The notes: generated by a model not told the origin, from the sequence alone. A DNA stretch of 63,440 nt, filler included, from Asterionella formosa (GCA_002256025.1; 11 parts of 11 records of this genome joined end to end with filler, not necessarily neighbours in it), one strand, 5' to 3'; counted from the whole stretch's first letter, positions 23,142 to 35,269 are shown. Made by a program: numbers and translations.

Positions 23142-23860
23142 GAGGCATTAGTTGAAGTAGCCTGTTTAAAGTTTTAATACGAGCTCCGTAATCCATTACC
23201 AACATGGAAAAGGGTTTAGATAAATAACGTAGCATCCATTGTCGTTGATGTTGAAAACTCTCATTTGGCAAACGATCGTCTAACCATAAAGCCATCGCTT
23301 CTTCGAAACTATCGTAAGATTGATCTTCTGGGTGTACTTCCACATTCAACCAATCCGATAAGGCAATGTCTGTCAAACACCTTTTAAAATAGGAAAAGGT
23401 ATCTGCAGGGCTAAAGTCACATGTGTTAGCCATATCACGAAATTGACTAACTCCAATTAACAATGCTTCCACTGAGCTTCCATCGATCATATCTTGATCA
23501 AACGATTCAAACCTTCCACCGGTTAAAGCAACTCTGAACGTTTTAGTTTTGATAGTCAATACATTGTAGTCTTTGATCAAAGGAATCACAGGAACCCTTG
23601 AATACATTGCCATGTTTGTTGTCTTCTAATTCGACTCTTTTTGAATTCAAAGTGAAGTATCTAACTAGAAGTAGTAGTATTTGTTGAATATATGAGCTTA
23701 TTAATTAATCCTTATGTATAACTCATTTCCTGAACTGACATCAAAAGTATAGAATGGGTGTTAGTCGAGTTCTCTCATTATTGAATTCCGATATATTTGA
23801 CATAACCCCAACTCTATATATATCTGTATCGATGTGCAGGATTGCTCACCTGGTACCCGT
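23142..23860 (-). mobile_element. Ty3/Gypsy (GyDi-like) 5' end: LTR, leader and open gag 5' part (ATG 23613)
   Basis: Gag-like motif QRQWMLRYLSKPFSMLVMDYGARIKTLNRLLQLMP. A second copy lies at 22371-23041. Confidence 0.7.
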
Positions 23861-24087
23861 ATTCATAATGCACGATAACCAAGGACATTATCATCGTGGT
23901 TATGCAAATGTACATACCGGTATGTACACAGCATTATTTCTTCAGAAGAGCACCATCACATTTTGTCACAAACAAATTCGCTCGTCCTCCTCCATAGGTT
24001 GTTGTCATGCCTGATCAATCAATGCAGTGCGAAATATTCGCAGTCACGCCCTAATGCAACTACAGTAATAAGAAGTTAATAGACATA

Positions 24088-24816
24088 ATGTCAGACCAGG
24101 AGACCAAGAATGGGGACGAAGCGAACAAGGACGTGGAAGCACCAATAAGCAAGAATGACGAGAGTTCGCAAGGTTTTCATTCCACGTCCCCGGCCGACGA
24201 TGACATCAAACCACCAACAGGTGATGGAAATGATCATCCCGTGACTGAACTAAAGAAATCATTTACTTGGGATCTTGAAACAGCGATATCTCGATTAGTC
24301 AATGAGTCAAACACACCACTAGAAATGCTGTCAGAAACAACATTTGTGTCTTTTCGAGTTGGCACCGCTGGTGATGCATCAGCTATTGCTACGTGGTATC
24401 GAGAGATGGAAGAGGCAAAGAAACTCAAATCATTAACAGGAGATGCGACTAATACCATGGAAGAATTCATAGGGGAAAAATGTAACAACGATTCCCTTGA
24501 GGTCTGGTTGGAGAATGGCCTGGGAGATGAGCGAACCCCACCATGCATCTTTGCCTTGTTAGCTGATGTTGGAACCAAGGGTGAAACCGAAGCCAATCAC
24601 TTAGGTGGTATTGCTCTGGTCACACTAGCTTGGGAAAACAGCCAGCGCCTGCTGAGGGTAGAATGGTTTCATGTAGACCCGACAATGGCTGACGGCGAAG
24701 TTTTGGGACGACGTCTCTGGCTTCGATTATCTGCATTGGCGCTCATGACGGCGTGTCAACTCATGGTAGTTAATTCAGAAAATGTTACGAAATGCAATGG
24801 AGCCGATGAAGCATGA
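24088..24816 (+). CDS. Hypothetical protein, possible GNAT-fold
   Basis: 242-aa ORF with an acidic disordered N-terminus. FRVGTAGDASAI, LRVEWFHVD and LGRRLWLRL resemble N-acetyltransferase motifs. Confidence 0.65.
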   Translation: MSDQETKNGDEANKDVEAPISKNDESSQGFHSTSPADDDIKPPTGDGNDHPVTELKKSFTWDLETAISRLVNESNTPLEMLSETTFVSFRVGTAGDASAIATWYREMEEAKKLKSLTGDATNTMEEFIGEKCNNDSLEVWLENGLGDERTPPCIFALLADVGTKGETEANHLGGIALVTLAWENSQRLLRVEWFHVDPTMADGEVLGRRLWLRLSALALMTACQLMVVNSENVTKCNGADEA

Positions 24817-26367
24817 CCTGAAACTATTCCAGAAACAGTTTCAAGAAAACATTACTTTGACCAAAATACTGGCGTGCCACCCCATACGTCCAATAAATTG
24901 GTTCTCCATATCTTATATACGCTTTTTGACTATCTGAATGTGCATTGAAAAGAAAGTCAGGAATACGAAAATATTGTTTCACATCTTGGGTCTCCTTGAT
25001 TACATTGATGAATCTCACTCCAGAATATGCTTCTTCTGTCGTCAATACAGTTATGTGCGAGCTTTCATTGCCCATCGAATGGCCCTTCTAGATCCAAGGC
25101 ATATTTCTTGTTGATTTATTGCAGTTCCTACATGATGGATGTCATGAAAGTCATATACTCGATGTTATAAATTGTGATTTAATTTCGCATTGGTATTTAT
25201 TTCTTCTCCTCTTGCTTCCCTGAGTAAGTCCCATTTTCATTCGAAAGTTCAAGTTTAGAAAATACAGGAAATATCTAATTCAGGTTTTTTCCAATTCTTG
25301 CGGAAGCGTGATTTGTCCCCATAATTGCAAGTGTCATGCTGAAATGGGGTCACGAGGTTTAGCTGTGTCGTGTACCAGGGTACAGTATCTGGTACACATG
25401 GAGCACTTTACCTGTACAAACTCGAACATTGCTCTCATATATCACCAACTTGCTCTCATATATCACCAACTTGAAACGTGTTGTACAAATGAATACTGAA
25501 AATATTATTTCAGCTTCTTCATCTTTTCCGATAGTAAACAAATCTTTGATTTAATTAGTGCTTGTTTTTTAGACCCCTCTGATGGCTGACCTGATACTAT
25601 ACTGACTACCATCATCCATGATGGTTTCATCAGAAGATAGACATTAACAGCCAGGTGGAAGTCAATATTATTACTACAGTTGCCAGTCAAATGGAGGCTA
25701 ATGTTATGGTTAATAGGAATGCATCTATATTTATAGAGCATCTATTCATTATGCTCCATTCCAGTGAGTTTGTAATTCTCACAAAAGGAAATATTGGAAG
25801 ATTGTTTGGATGTAAAATCATTGAATGAATCCTCCATCCATCAACCGACAGGTTTTGTCTTGCTATACTCTATGTAGAAGTAGTATTTATACATATACTA
25901 TAGAAAAGAATCGCATTTGTCCAGCCAAATAATTATTTACAAGTGCCAAGGGGGTGTGGTGATGGAGGTGTTGCAAATTGCGATTTGCTGATGGATTGTT
26001 TGGAGAACAATTTTTGGAAATGCCATTACATGCAAATTGTCTGGAAAATAGCCTATAGATCTGTCAGATTGTCAAAGTGCCTCAAAACATATGATAGTAA
26101 GTAATCATTAATTTCTATAGTTTGTTATCAGTATACCTGTTCATTAGTTCACCAACGCAACCAAAAGCACCAACATTGTCAATCAGCTGGTTGATTTAAC
26201 ATTGCTAGTGGTTTTTGTGTGCTACATTGTGCTTGAGGGGTATCTGAATGGCTGTTTTTCCAAAATGAGAAAGGAGTTACATGAAGTACTATAGGCATTT
26301 GTTGAGAGACTCCACTAAAACTTTGGTGAAACTCGAAAAAGAAGTTTTACTTATAGGAAAAACAGGC

Positions 26368-26780
26368 TAAGGCCGTTGCTAACCATTGACCGAAACCAAA
26401 ACCAAAAAAATAATTTGGATTGGTTTTGGTTTTGGTCAGACTGACGCAAAAACGATGCTATCGGTTTTTGGTAAATCCTAAATATTGTCAACCACCCATC
26501 TACGGTGATGTAGGATGACAAAACCATTATGAAAAAAGTAAAATATTTCTAAAAGACTACTTTTATAAATGAAATATTATGATTCCTATTTGGGAATTAG
26601 TTAGTTTTTCCCGCAATTTGAGAGATGCTGCTGTCTTGTCATCCAACAACCGGTAGTACACACCAGCAGGTGAACATAGCAACATATGTCAATCGCTGCT
26701 CATCCTCGATCATGGCGCCAGCACCCCTTCCAGCCAAGAAAGCTCATTCTCCCTCTGCATGGCAAAAGGAGTTGCAATGA

Positions 26781-26858
<78 letters not shown>

Positions 26859-27311
26859 CCCATTAGCATCTAGACATGATACAATGTTATGTGGGCGATG
26901 GTCACATGAATCCATGTGTGCCATGTTGGTGAAATGAGGGTTTGATGACATGGTGAAATCAGCGATGATTTGTTGTTGTTGTTGTTGTTCTTCTTGCCAG
27001 TATTGTTCTATATAGATATGATATAGCCATATGATGTGGTGTCCTATATGTAGTGATTCTACGATGATAATAATTGGGTTTCTAGTGACTACATTTAAAG
27101 TAGTCAACATGGAATCCTACGTTTAGGTAACTTTGGAACAAAAAACCTAAACGTAATGTGTTTGGGTAACTTATTGGGATATGGGCACGGAATCCCCTAA
27201 ACATAATGCGTTTGCGTTGGGTTTTTCACTCCCGATAGCATCGTTTTTTAGGGTTAGCGAAACCAAAACACTGTTTGGTTGGCGTTTTGGTCCACTGTTA
27301 GCAACGCCCTA
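26368..27311. mobile_element. hAT-like non-autonomous element, about 940 bp
   Basis: Imperfect TIRs (A)AGGCCGTTGCTAAC vs TAGGGCGTTGCTAAC. An inverted subterminal AAAAACGATGCTATCGG lies near 26448 and 27232. The candidate 8-bp TSD is AAACAGGC/AAACACAC (6/8). Confidence 0.55.
26781..26858. repeat. Microsatellite (GCTGTT)13
   Basis: Perfect hexanucleotide array, 78 bp. Confidence 0.97.
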
Positions 27312-28202
27312 AAACACACCGGAAAATGCAAACATTTGACTACGGTATGTATGTACGACGAAGGTTGCCTAGCTGGTACCAGTACCAGCGCCCTGGTGTG
27401 CGTAACCCCCTGGTGCTCGACAGGTACGTATTGTAAGTTGTATACGGGTACCCCTGGTACCTGGTAGTACCAGGTAACAGCTAAACAGCAGCTTGTTTGA
27501 TCCTTTGAGGACGAGTCCGGATGTTGAACCGGAAATGCATGCGAGCGATCTGCTGTCCTCTTGGATAGTTACCAGGGTACCAGGTAGTAAGTATGGAATC
27601 ATCTGCAGCATGCATCGTCATGCAGGTGATGTGATCATGCTGATGTCACGGTCTCCTCGATCAGATGAATCATCTCTAGTACCGGTAAGAAGGTACCAGG
27701 TACCAGGTACCAGGTACCTGGTACTCCCAGATATCGTGTTAGCGGGTAACGGTACCTGGTACACCTCCTACATAGTATACCAATCCATCATCAGAGGGGC
27801 AAAGTATGAATCATTGTCCCATTGCAACTGACTCTGTCAAATCCATGCCGTGGTGCATAATACCACAAATATATTTCATTTATGCTGGAATATATCATAT
27901 ATTTATATATATATATGTGCAACAAATAGGACGAAGCCGAAGCCCTTTACGGTAGCTTGTGGAGGTACCGGTATGTTACTTACCTGTAGTACATTCTGAA
28001 CAGTACATTACATAGATTCACAGCAACCTCCCTAAATCATCACATCAAGAGAGAGGGTCAAAGAATTAGAAAGCTGAGCATTAGCAAGTTGTCATTAATG
28101 GACGGCGTTGATTGACTTCCTTTGAGAAAACAGGTTGGGAGCAACAAAAACTTTTCATTCAGAGTACAGAAAATCGCATTCTTCGTATACCGGTACACAT
28201 TT

Positions 28203-28823
28203 ATGAAAGTCATCACTATCCTAAGCTTGGCCCTGGTAGCCGACGCCTTTACACCCGTGACAAATCAAGTGAAGGCCGCCCTGCATGCTGATGCAATGTC
28301 CAACAGACGAGGCTTTTTGTCTCAAGTTGTTGCTTCCTCTGCATTGATTTTGGTACTGCCTGAAGTAGCAAGGGCCGATTTTATGCCTGACATGTCCATG
28401 ATAACGCAAGGATCCACCAAAAAGAGATTAGGAGGCCTTGCAGACAAGATTCGGAACATTGCTCGAGTAATGGTAGGTTACCTTGAAGTCGTTTTAATGA
28501 GGGTTATTGCGGGTAAACCTTTTTTCTTGTGGTCACTTACTTGTTTTCTCAGGATGAATTGCAACGCGACTTGATGCAAGAACGATGGGACCTTGTCGAA
28601 ACGTACCCTGCTCAGCTACGCTCCTTTGTGCCACTCTTGACCACGTACACCGATTCAGCCTTTCCCACCGACATTCCAACCGACAAGGGATTGCGTGTAG
28701 CCTTAAGATATGAAGTTGGCCGATTCTTCGCGTCACTAGAACGTCTCCGGCAAGCCACATCTCGAAAAGCTCTTGATGAAGCGTATGTGGCATACAGTGA
28801 CATGGCCTTACATTTCGACAGAT
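28203..28823 (+). CDS. Plastid thylakoid-lumen protein (PsbQ-like helical protein), 3' truncated; join(28203..28472,28553..>28823)
   Basis: Signal peptide ending ADA-FTP (ASAFAP-type), twin-Arg NRRGFL, hydrophobic stretch and ARA cleavage site. An 80-nt phase-0 GTAGGT...CTCAG intron joins the two ORFs. Confidence 0.85.
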
Positions 28824-28923
28824 NNNNNNNNNNNNNNNNNNNNNNNNNNNNNNNNNNNNNNNNNNNNTTAATTAATTAANNNNNNNNNNNNNNNNNNNNN
28901 NNNNNNNNNNNNNNNNNNNNNNN

Positions 28924-31055
28924 ACTGGCAGCGGCTTGCGACGAGTTGTCTTGCCTTTTAGTGTTCCGATGTCAGGTCCAAAAATTTTCTCTGCAATTTT
29001 GATATCATCGGTAGTCACTGGATTATTGTTGATCGTATTCATACGAATTATTGCCTTGAAATCGTTAATTAATGGTGTACCCAAGGCATGAAATAGATCA
29101 CGAGCTCGCTTGGCTCTTTCAAATTGACGCTCAGAGTAAAATGTTTTGCTTTCTTCAAGTGTATTTAACATTTGAGCATTCTCCGCTCTTTCAAATCGAA
29201 CTGTTTTGTCTGGCAAATGAACAATGAATGCATCTTCTTTCTCAGAGTCGTAGGTAATTCTGTACCTATCTGCCATTTCGGCATAACTGAAGATGTTTGT
29301 GATTGCCTTTTCATTAAACCATACTTCTCCCCATTCTGGAAGATCAGCCTTCATATTTGTGACCATGGATCCACCATTTGTGGCCAGGTGCATGCTTCCG
29401 TTGGTTGACATTCGAATGTTATTAACCATTTTTGGATTGCAAAAGACTGTGACACTTGATTGATTATCCAATAGTATCCAGTCACGCATCTCAGATGCTT
29501 GGTAAAATTGTAGTTTCATATGAGCTCCCGTCCATCCAAATTGATTGGCATTTGCTTGTTGTGAAGCTTGTGATGACGGCGGGTTGTTGGAATTAACAGA
29601 GGTAACTGTACTCGTGTCGGATGTATTGGCCTGTGCCTGTGCATGGCTTTGGGCCTTGTTAATTGCCCATTCCTCTTTGGGTTTATTCCTGTCTTGGCAT
29701 GAAGGAGATTTGTGACCTGCTTTTCCACAGCAGTAACATTTTCCTTCTAACTGTGCAAACGATAAGTTCACGTCTTTGTCTTCCCTGCGTGCATCCTTTT
29801 GTTTCCTCTCTTTATCATTATCTCCTGGTTTCTTGTAGGCAGATTTATTTGTTACATCAAACCGATGGTTGCTGAGAACATTATTTGATTCGGTGATGGT
29901 CTTCGGGTATTGATCGTTGCCGAGTGATTGTTGAGTGTTCAGACCGGTCATAATTGAACTGTATTTGGCTTTATCGGCATTTTCGAGATATAAATATGCC
30001 ATAAATTGACTGAAAGCTTGTTCACGAAATTTATCTCGTTGCTTGATGTCGGTCTCGTTGTATCCATCCATGGCTTCAACGAACTTGGTGAGGATAATGG
30101 GTCCTCCCATGTGTGACTTGAGCACATCTCGTGCCACACGAAATCTCTTGGTGTAGTCTTGTAGACTTTCTCCTTCTTTTTGCTTTGTGAACAAAAGCGT
30201 TCTCATTGCATCTAAAATGATTGACATAAAATATCGATTCTCTTGAAAATTTAGTGCGTGTTCTTTAATTGCCATAAGCAATGTTATTGGGATATTTTCG
30301 ATCCTATTGTAATCGGATCTCGCTTCAATCTTGTTCTTCATGGCTTTGTTGCATCTTTCCCAGAGCAACGCATATGCCTTGGTATTATTATTTTCGTAGG
30401 CCTGTACCCTTTTACTGTAGGTGTCATAGTCAGCCTTAAACTCGATCTCAAATTGCGGATTCTCTGCGGCGCAATCTTCTTCTGTTGTTGAAATGCTCAC
30501 TTGCATTCTTGGCTTCCATACCGATGTGTTGATTGGTTCTAATGACTTGAGTGCGATTCCAATGTTGCTGCCATAATCAAACACTTTCTTGATGTAGTTG
30601 ATGAGATACTCAGTAGTAGTCTCATAGTCAGATGCCTGCTTCGATGATCCGAGGTAGTAGATATAGTCATTGACTGACTTCTTGATTGAGTGAGAAGCAA
30701 TATTGCTCCCTCCCTTGGCTTGAAACTTGCCCTTGGCTTGAGCCTTCTTGGTAAACTTTCCTTTGCCACTCATGATGCGCCCTGTGCGACTTCTTCAGAC
30801 TCTGGATGGTCTGGTACCCTCAGATCTTGTCTCTGGACTCTCAATTGTCCGCTTGTTGTTGATTGTGGTATCACGGCTCTTCCTGGCCTGCTAATTCTAT
30901 CAAAACTGTTGAAATTGCGTCCCGAAGCACTCTATGCTTTCTTGTATCCTGTAAGGACACGTCAGGGATCAAATAGGCTGTAGATATGAACAACAATGTC
31001 TCCGTGATCGATTGTAATCGTTCCTAAGAGTTTTAATAGAATTATGGGTTTTAAC
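28924..31055 (-). mobile_element. Ty1/Copia (CoDi-type) leader and open gag-pol 5' part (ATG 30773)
   Basis: Uninterrupted ORF of over 600 aa with CYCCGKAGHKSPSC, protease WILLDNQSSV and the pre-integrase FHALGTP...IFGPDIGTLKGKTTRRKP. Confidence 0.93.
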
Positions 31056-31173
31056 TGTTGGCGTAGATTGTTTTCGAATTCTCTGGTACCATATCCTTTC
31101 TTGATTCATTCGATTCAATATGTAGTAGGTAATTTATACCGGGATTTTCTTTCCTAAAATATTTTCTCCAACA
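31056..31173 (-). repeat. Short 5' LTR (118 bp) of the Copia element
   Basis: Plus strand reads TGTTGGCG...CTCCAACA (7/8 inverted termini). It sits between the Copia leader and Crypton coding sequence. Confidence 0.7.
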
Positions 31174-32476
31174 GCATGGAGTTTCCGCGTAATGTGGCAC
31201 TATCGCTGGCACGTCCACTCCTTTGGGCGGCTTTTGAGCCAAGTCTACTGGGTTCCTAACCAGGCAAGCTGACACAGCGGATCCAGATGGCATACGCACT
31301 TGTACGTAATCTACCGCCAGGTACAAATCCTGTGGGGAAACGGCTAATTGTTGTGAATGGAGCAGAGGCGGAACTCTACATTGACGAGATCTGGGATCCA
31401 GATGAGTTTTCGAACGATGTGGGTGAAGAAGTCGCTGAAGTGTCAACAGGAGTAGCTGCAGTTTCAACAGTAAATAATGGAGGAGGAGGCGTACAGCAGC
31501 ACCACCAACAACAAGCCGTCAATGCATTTATTCAGAGGAACCGGAACAAGAACGAATTCCTTGGGCTGTACTCACAGCAAAGGGAGATTCAACGAGAGGT
31601 GAAGGAGATTCAAAGCCAGATTTCCATCCTTACAAGCACCGTGACCAAAGGGATGGGCAAGATGCAGACAAGCTTGAATCGACTTACCCGGATGCCGGCA
31701 CAAATGTTCAGGGGCAGTGTTTCTAATTTTGCTTTCGGCATAACAAATGCCAACAACAACCCGAATTCAAATGTCGAAAATGTTGCTGTCATAGGAACCA
31801 ACAACAACAGCCAAGCAAGCAACGACAACGAATAAACAAATATGGCTTTGGATCCTGTTTACAATAGTAGCCTTTCCAAGGCACCAAAAACACTATTTGT
31901 TCTTTGGCAAGAATGGGAAGTTGGAATTACAGGACAAAAACCAGCAAGGATATTTACAAGGGCAGAGAGGGGGAGGACAAAATTTATCTATTATCGACGC
32001 AAGGTTTTCTGGGATACAGTGGCAGGTCTTGTTCGAGCTGGGTACACTGCACATGCTGCAATCGACCGAATCTATGAGGCATATGGTCCAGAGAAGACTG
32101 TTACTCAAATTCTCAACCAAATGTTGAAAGATCGCCACAATGATGGTGGGCATCCACAACTAAATGTATAACTAGATTCACATACTAGTGACTATTAAGA
32201 AACTACTACATGCTTACATTCCATTCTCCTTTGATTTACAATTTACATTCTGACTTCATTTTATTTTCGCATGCATAAACCGGTATATTGTGGCTATTTT
32301 CATACAGGCGATATTTGACATGTACTGCCAAGCCAAAAATGATCGAGACCATACTCCAGTGCATCCTTTGTATGTCATGCTAGTAAACTACTAGTGCACT
32401 AGCTTTCACTACGGCAAAAAATGGTAGTATTGGGGGTAGAATTAATTGTCAATACTGGCACAGTATAGAGATATGG
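31174..32476 (+). mobile_element. CryptonS-like element, 3' portion (post-YR helices plus GCR1_C domain), with in-frame stops
   Basis: VALSLARPLLWAAF...RIQMAY...NPVGKRLIVVNG, then GCR1_C LSKAPKTLFVLWQEWEVG...RRKVFWD...AIDRIYEAYG (31842-32171). TATGG at 32472-32476 is only a candidate terminus. Confidence 0.75.
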
Positions 32477-32568
32477 AGGGTTCCTTCATTTCAACCCTAT
32501 GTTCACATATTTTATATTGCATCCTTACCTATGATACGAACAGATGCACCATGCTAACCCTGCTTTGG

Positions 32569-32838
32569 GTGTACAATCGTACGCCAAGCAGTAGGGTGCT
32601 GGCGCGCAAAACGATGGTTTGAGCAGCTGTGTACAAATGTATGTCACTCTATGTAATTTATGTCGTAGGGCATTTGGTCTTAATATTGAGAAGCCTCGAA
32701 ACGCTTTGAGTATACAATCGTAAGCCATGTAGTATAATGCTGGCTCGCAAGACTTAAGTATGATACAAACAGAAGTGCGATGAGAACACACAATAGGGTA
32801 TACAATCGTACGCCACTCAGTAGAATGCTGGCTCGCAA
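32569..32838. repeat. Three imperfect 41-bp direct repeats
   Basis: GTRTACAATCGTAMGCCA...AGTA...TGCTGGCKCGCAA at 32569-32609, 32710-32750 and 32798-32838. Confidence 0.85.
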
Positions 32839-33029
32839 TACGAGCTAGTACGCAGCATACCAGGGCCTGTAGGTAGAAGTCCACGATAAAAATGAAGGTC
32901 AGTCGTCACAACATTACTGACCCTTGTTTATTCATTGACAGAAGGTTCTCCCTTCTCTCCTCTCCTTTCCTCTCACTTCCATTGTCTTTTACTCCCAACC
33001 AGGTACCCACCACAATCAGGTAGAAAACA

Positions 33030-34602
33030 ATGAAGGTTTGGTTCCACTTGTTCCTTGGAAACGCAGGACTATTGCCAGTTTATGTCACTTTGAATCAGAA
33101 TGCTGACATTTCTGACTTGAGAAAGCTGTGAAGATTAAATGTGAAAATAGTCTGAGTGCCATAGATTCAGCGCTGCTCCGTGTGTACCCACCTGGAACTC
33201 AAGTGCCGGTCACTGAGGGAGCTGATGATCCAACCCTGAGACGTGGAGGTCCGGTTGTTCATCTGAATTGGGGAACTAGCTAGCAGCAAGAATGCGTTTG
33301 TGATCGTGATCGTGATCCTGATCGTAGTCATTAAACCTGATATTGGTACGTGTTTTTATCTCATGGAATCCCTTCTATTGTATTGTAGGTCACAGCTCCT
33401 AATACTCACGTATAATTTCGTATCATTTATCCCATACAAATACTCGCAACTGTTGAAAAGACCAAGGAACGACAAAACGCCAGAAACAAAATGATGAGCA
33501 GGAGGAAGTCTCCTTAATAAAATTTATAGACGAGAGGCTCAAACTTCAATTTGATGACTTGAAGAAGGAGCGGAATCAAGATTATGATCAGGAGGAAGCC
33601 TCGTCCTTAATATTGCTTATAAAGGAGAAGCTCAACGTTCATTTCAAGCGCTTGGAGACGGATCAGCAAGTGCGAAGGTGCGGTTCGACGACTGTGTTAG
33701 TAGGGGAATCTTATATCGCCCTAAAATTGTGAAGGAAATGATGAAAGTTGTTGAAGATGCCTTCAAGAAAGAGCCTCGGACTGGAATCATGATCAAAGGA
33801 CCGCATGGAATTGGCAAGTCGCTGGTTCGTAACCTGAAAAATAACAGCAGCTGCAAGTACCTCGTAACTTTCATTCCAGACTGTCAAGAATGGATTGATG
33901 CTAACGAGTTGTACACTGCAATCTGTAGATCATTTGGTACTTCCTTTTCGGCTCTCTCATGGAAGGTAGGCTCAGACAAGGACGAAAAAATGAGAGATCT
34001 CAATACTTTTGTCAATGCCATTGACTTGATTCTTCAAGATATGAACAAGAAATGGGTCCTAGTTTTCGATCAGATCAACAGATTGTTTGCTCCACCAGAG
34101 CTAAAAAAAATCTGTTGATCTGGGCACTCTTCCCTTTCCTTTTCGTGTCATCAACAGCATAATGAAGGGAGACCGCATTGTCTCCATCATTTCGGCTTCC
34201 GCAAACAACGAGATTGCCTACAGGGAAAGTCATCGCGGGTTTGAGGAATACAATCACCCTTGCAAAATGAATTTAGCAGAAATAGAGCTTGCCTTTAATG
34301 AAGTGGCTATAGGGAATGACGGCAAAGAAATATTAAAGGTGATTGGTGGAGTGCCCTTACAAGTGAGGAATCTGATTTCCTTCAGCTTTTCAATTGGCAA
34401 TTATGAAAAGGGTGAATTGTGCTCAATTCTATTTTCTCTTGGAAATTTGTATGACACGAAAATGGAATTGGAGTATGAGGGTACCACAACATCAGCAGTT
34501 GGTTGCATTTTGTCAAATACAGGCAATGCCTTGTATTATGACAGAAAGTATTCAATTCCTGGAAAGGGGGAAGGGTTCACTCACTACGAGCCATTGTGTT
34601 TC
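33030..34602 (+). pseudogene. Crinkler (CRN)-like gene: ubiquitin-like header plus P-loop NTPase, frameshifted, 3' truncated
   Basis: MKVWFHLF...ADISDL/KAVKIKCENSLSAIDSALLRVYPPGT resembles CRN N-terminal domains. Walker A GPHGIGKS and Walker B VLVFDQIN are present. Probable intron from about 33346; frameshifts near 33120 and 34110. Confidence 0.7.
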
Positions 34603-34702
34603 NNNNNNNNNNNNNNNNNNNNNNNNNNNNNNNNNNNNNNNNNNNNTTAATTAATTAANNNNNNNNNNNNNNNNNNNNNNNNNNNNNNNNNNNNNNNNNN
34701 NN

Positions 34703-34985
34703 CTTGATCGTGCAGTGAAGGAGGGGACGAGGGAGATTGACAAGGTCGATGAACAAGGAGACAAGGGAGGAGGGGAGTCCGATAACTAACCTGACAAGCT
34801 CAAAAGGAGATTGGAAGGTGTGTTTGTTAGTAAAAGAGTGATTAGATTAAGTTGATATAGAAGAACGATAATTTAAGCAAGATGCATAGGTACTGACAGA
34901 CAAAGAGACACAGACATATATTGACACGTCATGTAAAGAGGTGATTCATAGCTAACATCCCCCCATCTCATAAAAAAATGAGATA
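34703..34985 (-). mobile_element. Polypurine tract and start of a 3' LTR of an LTR retrotransposon
   Basis: Minus strand GAGATGGGGGGA is followed immediately by TGTTAG (LTR from 34957 to the contig edge). The hairpin ATCTCAT-A6-ATGAGAT overlaps the PPT. Confidence 0.55.
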
Positions 34986-35269
34986 AAATGAGTAGAATCA
35001 ATAATTGTCAAAGAACTGCTGATTTGGCAGGGCGTGCGAGCGTGGCGACTGCACAATGACCTGCATCAATAAATTGATATCCCTCAAGGATGCCTTGGGT
35101 AGATTCATCAATATTTATTTTAATCCTCCTGTTGTCCTTCAAACCTGAACAAATTTTACGCTGAAGGTGATACCATTGCGGCAGCATTGATAAGTGGAAG
35201 TGACGAATTAGCTTTAATCCTATACATAGTCTCTACACATTTTTTTTTGGTTTACTCTTCTTATCAGGA

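Noticed and set aside
26686..27110. Poly-Leu and (NS)n ORFs
   Set aside because: They are translations of the (GCTGTT)13 microsatellite inside a non-coding TIR element.
32569..32838. CRISPR-like array
   Set aside because: Only three imperfect repeats with very unequal spacers (100 and 47 bp), no cas genes, and a eukaryotic context.
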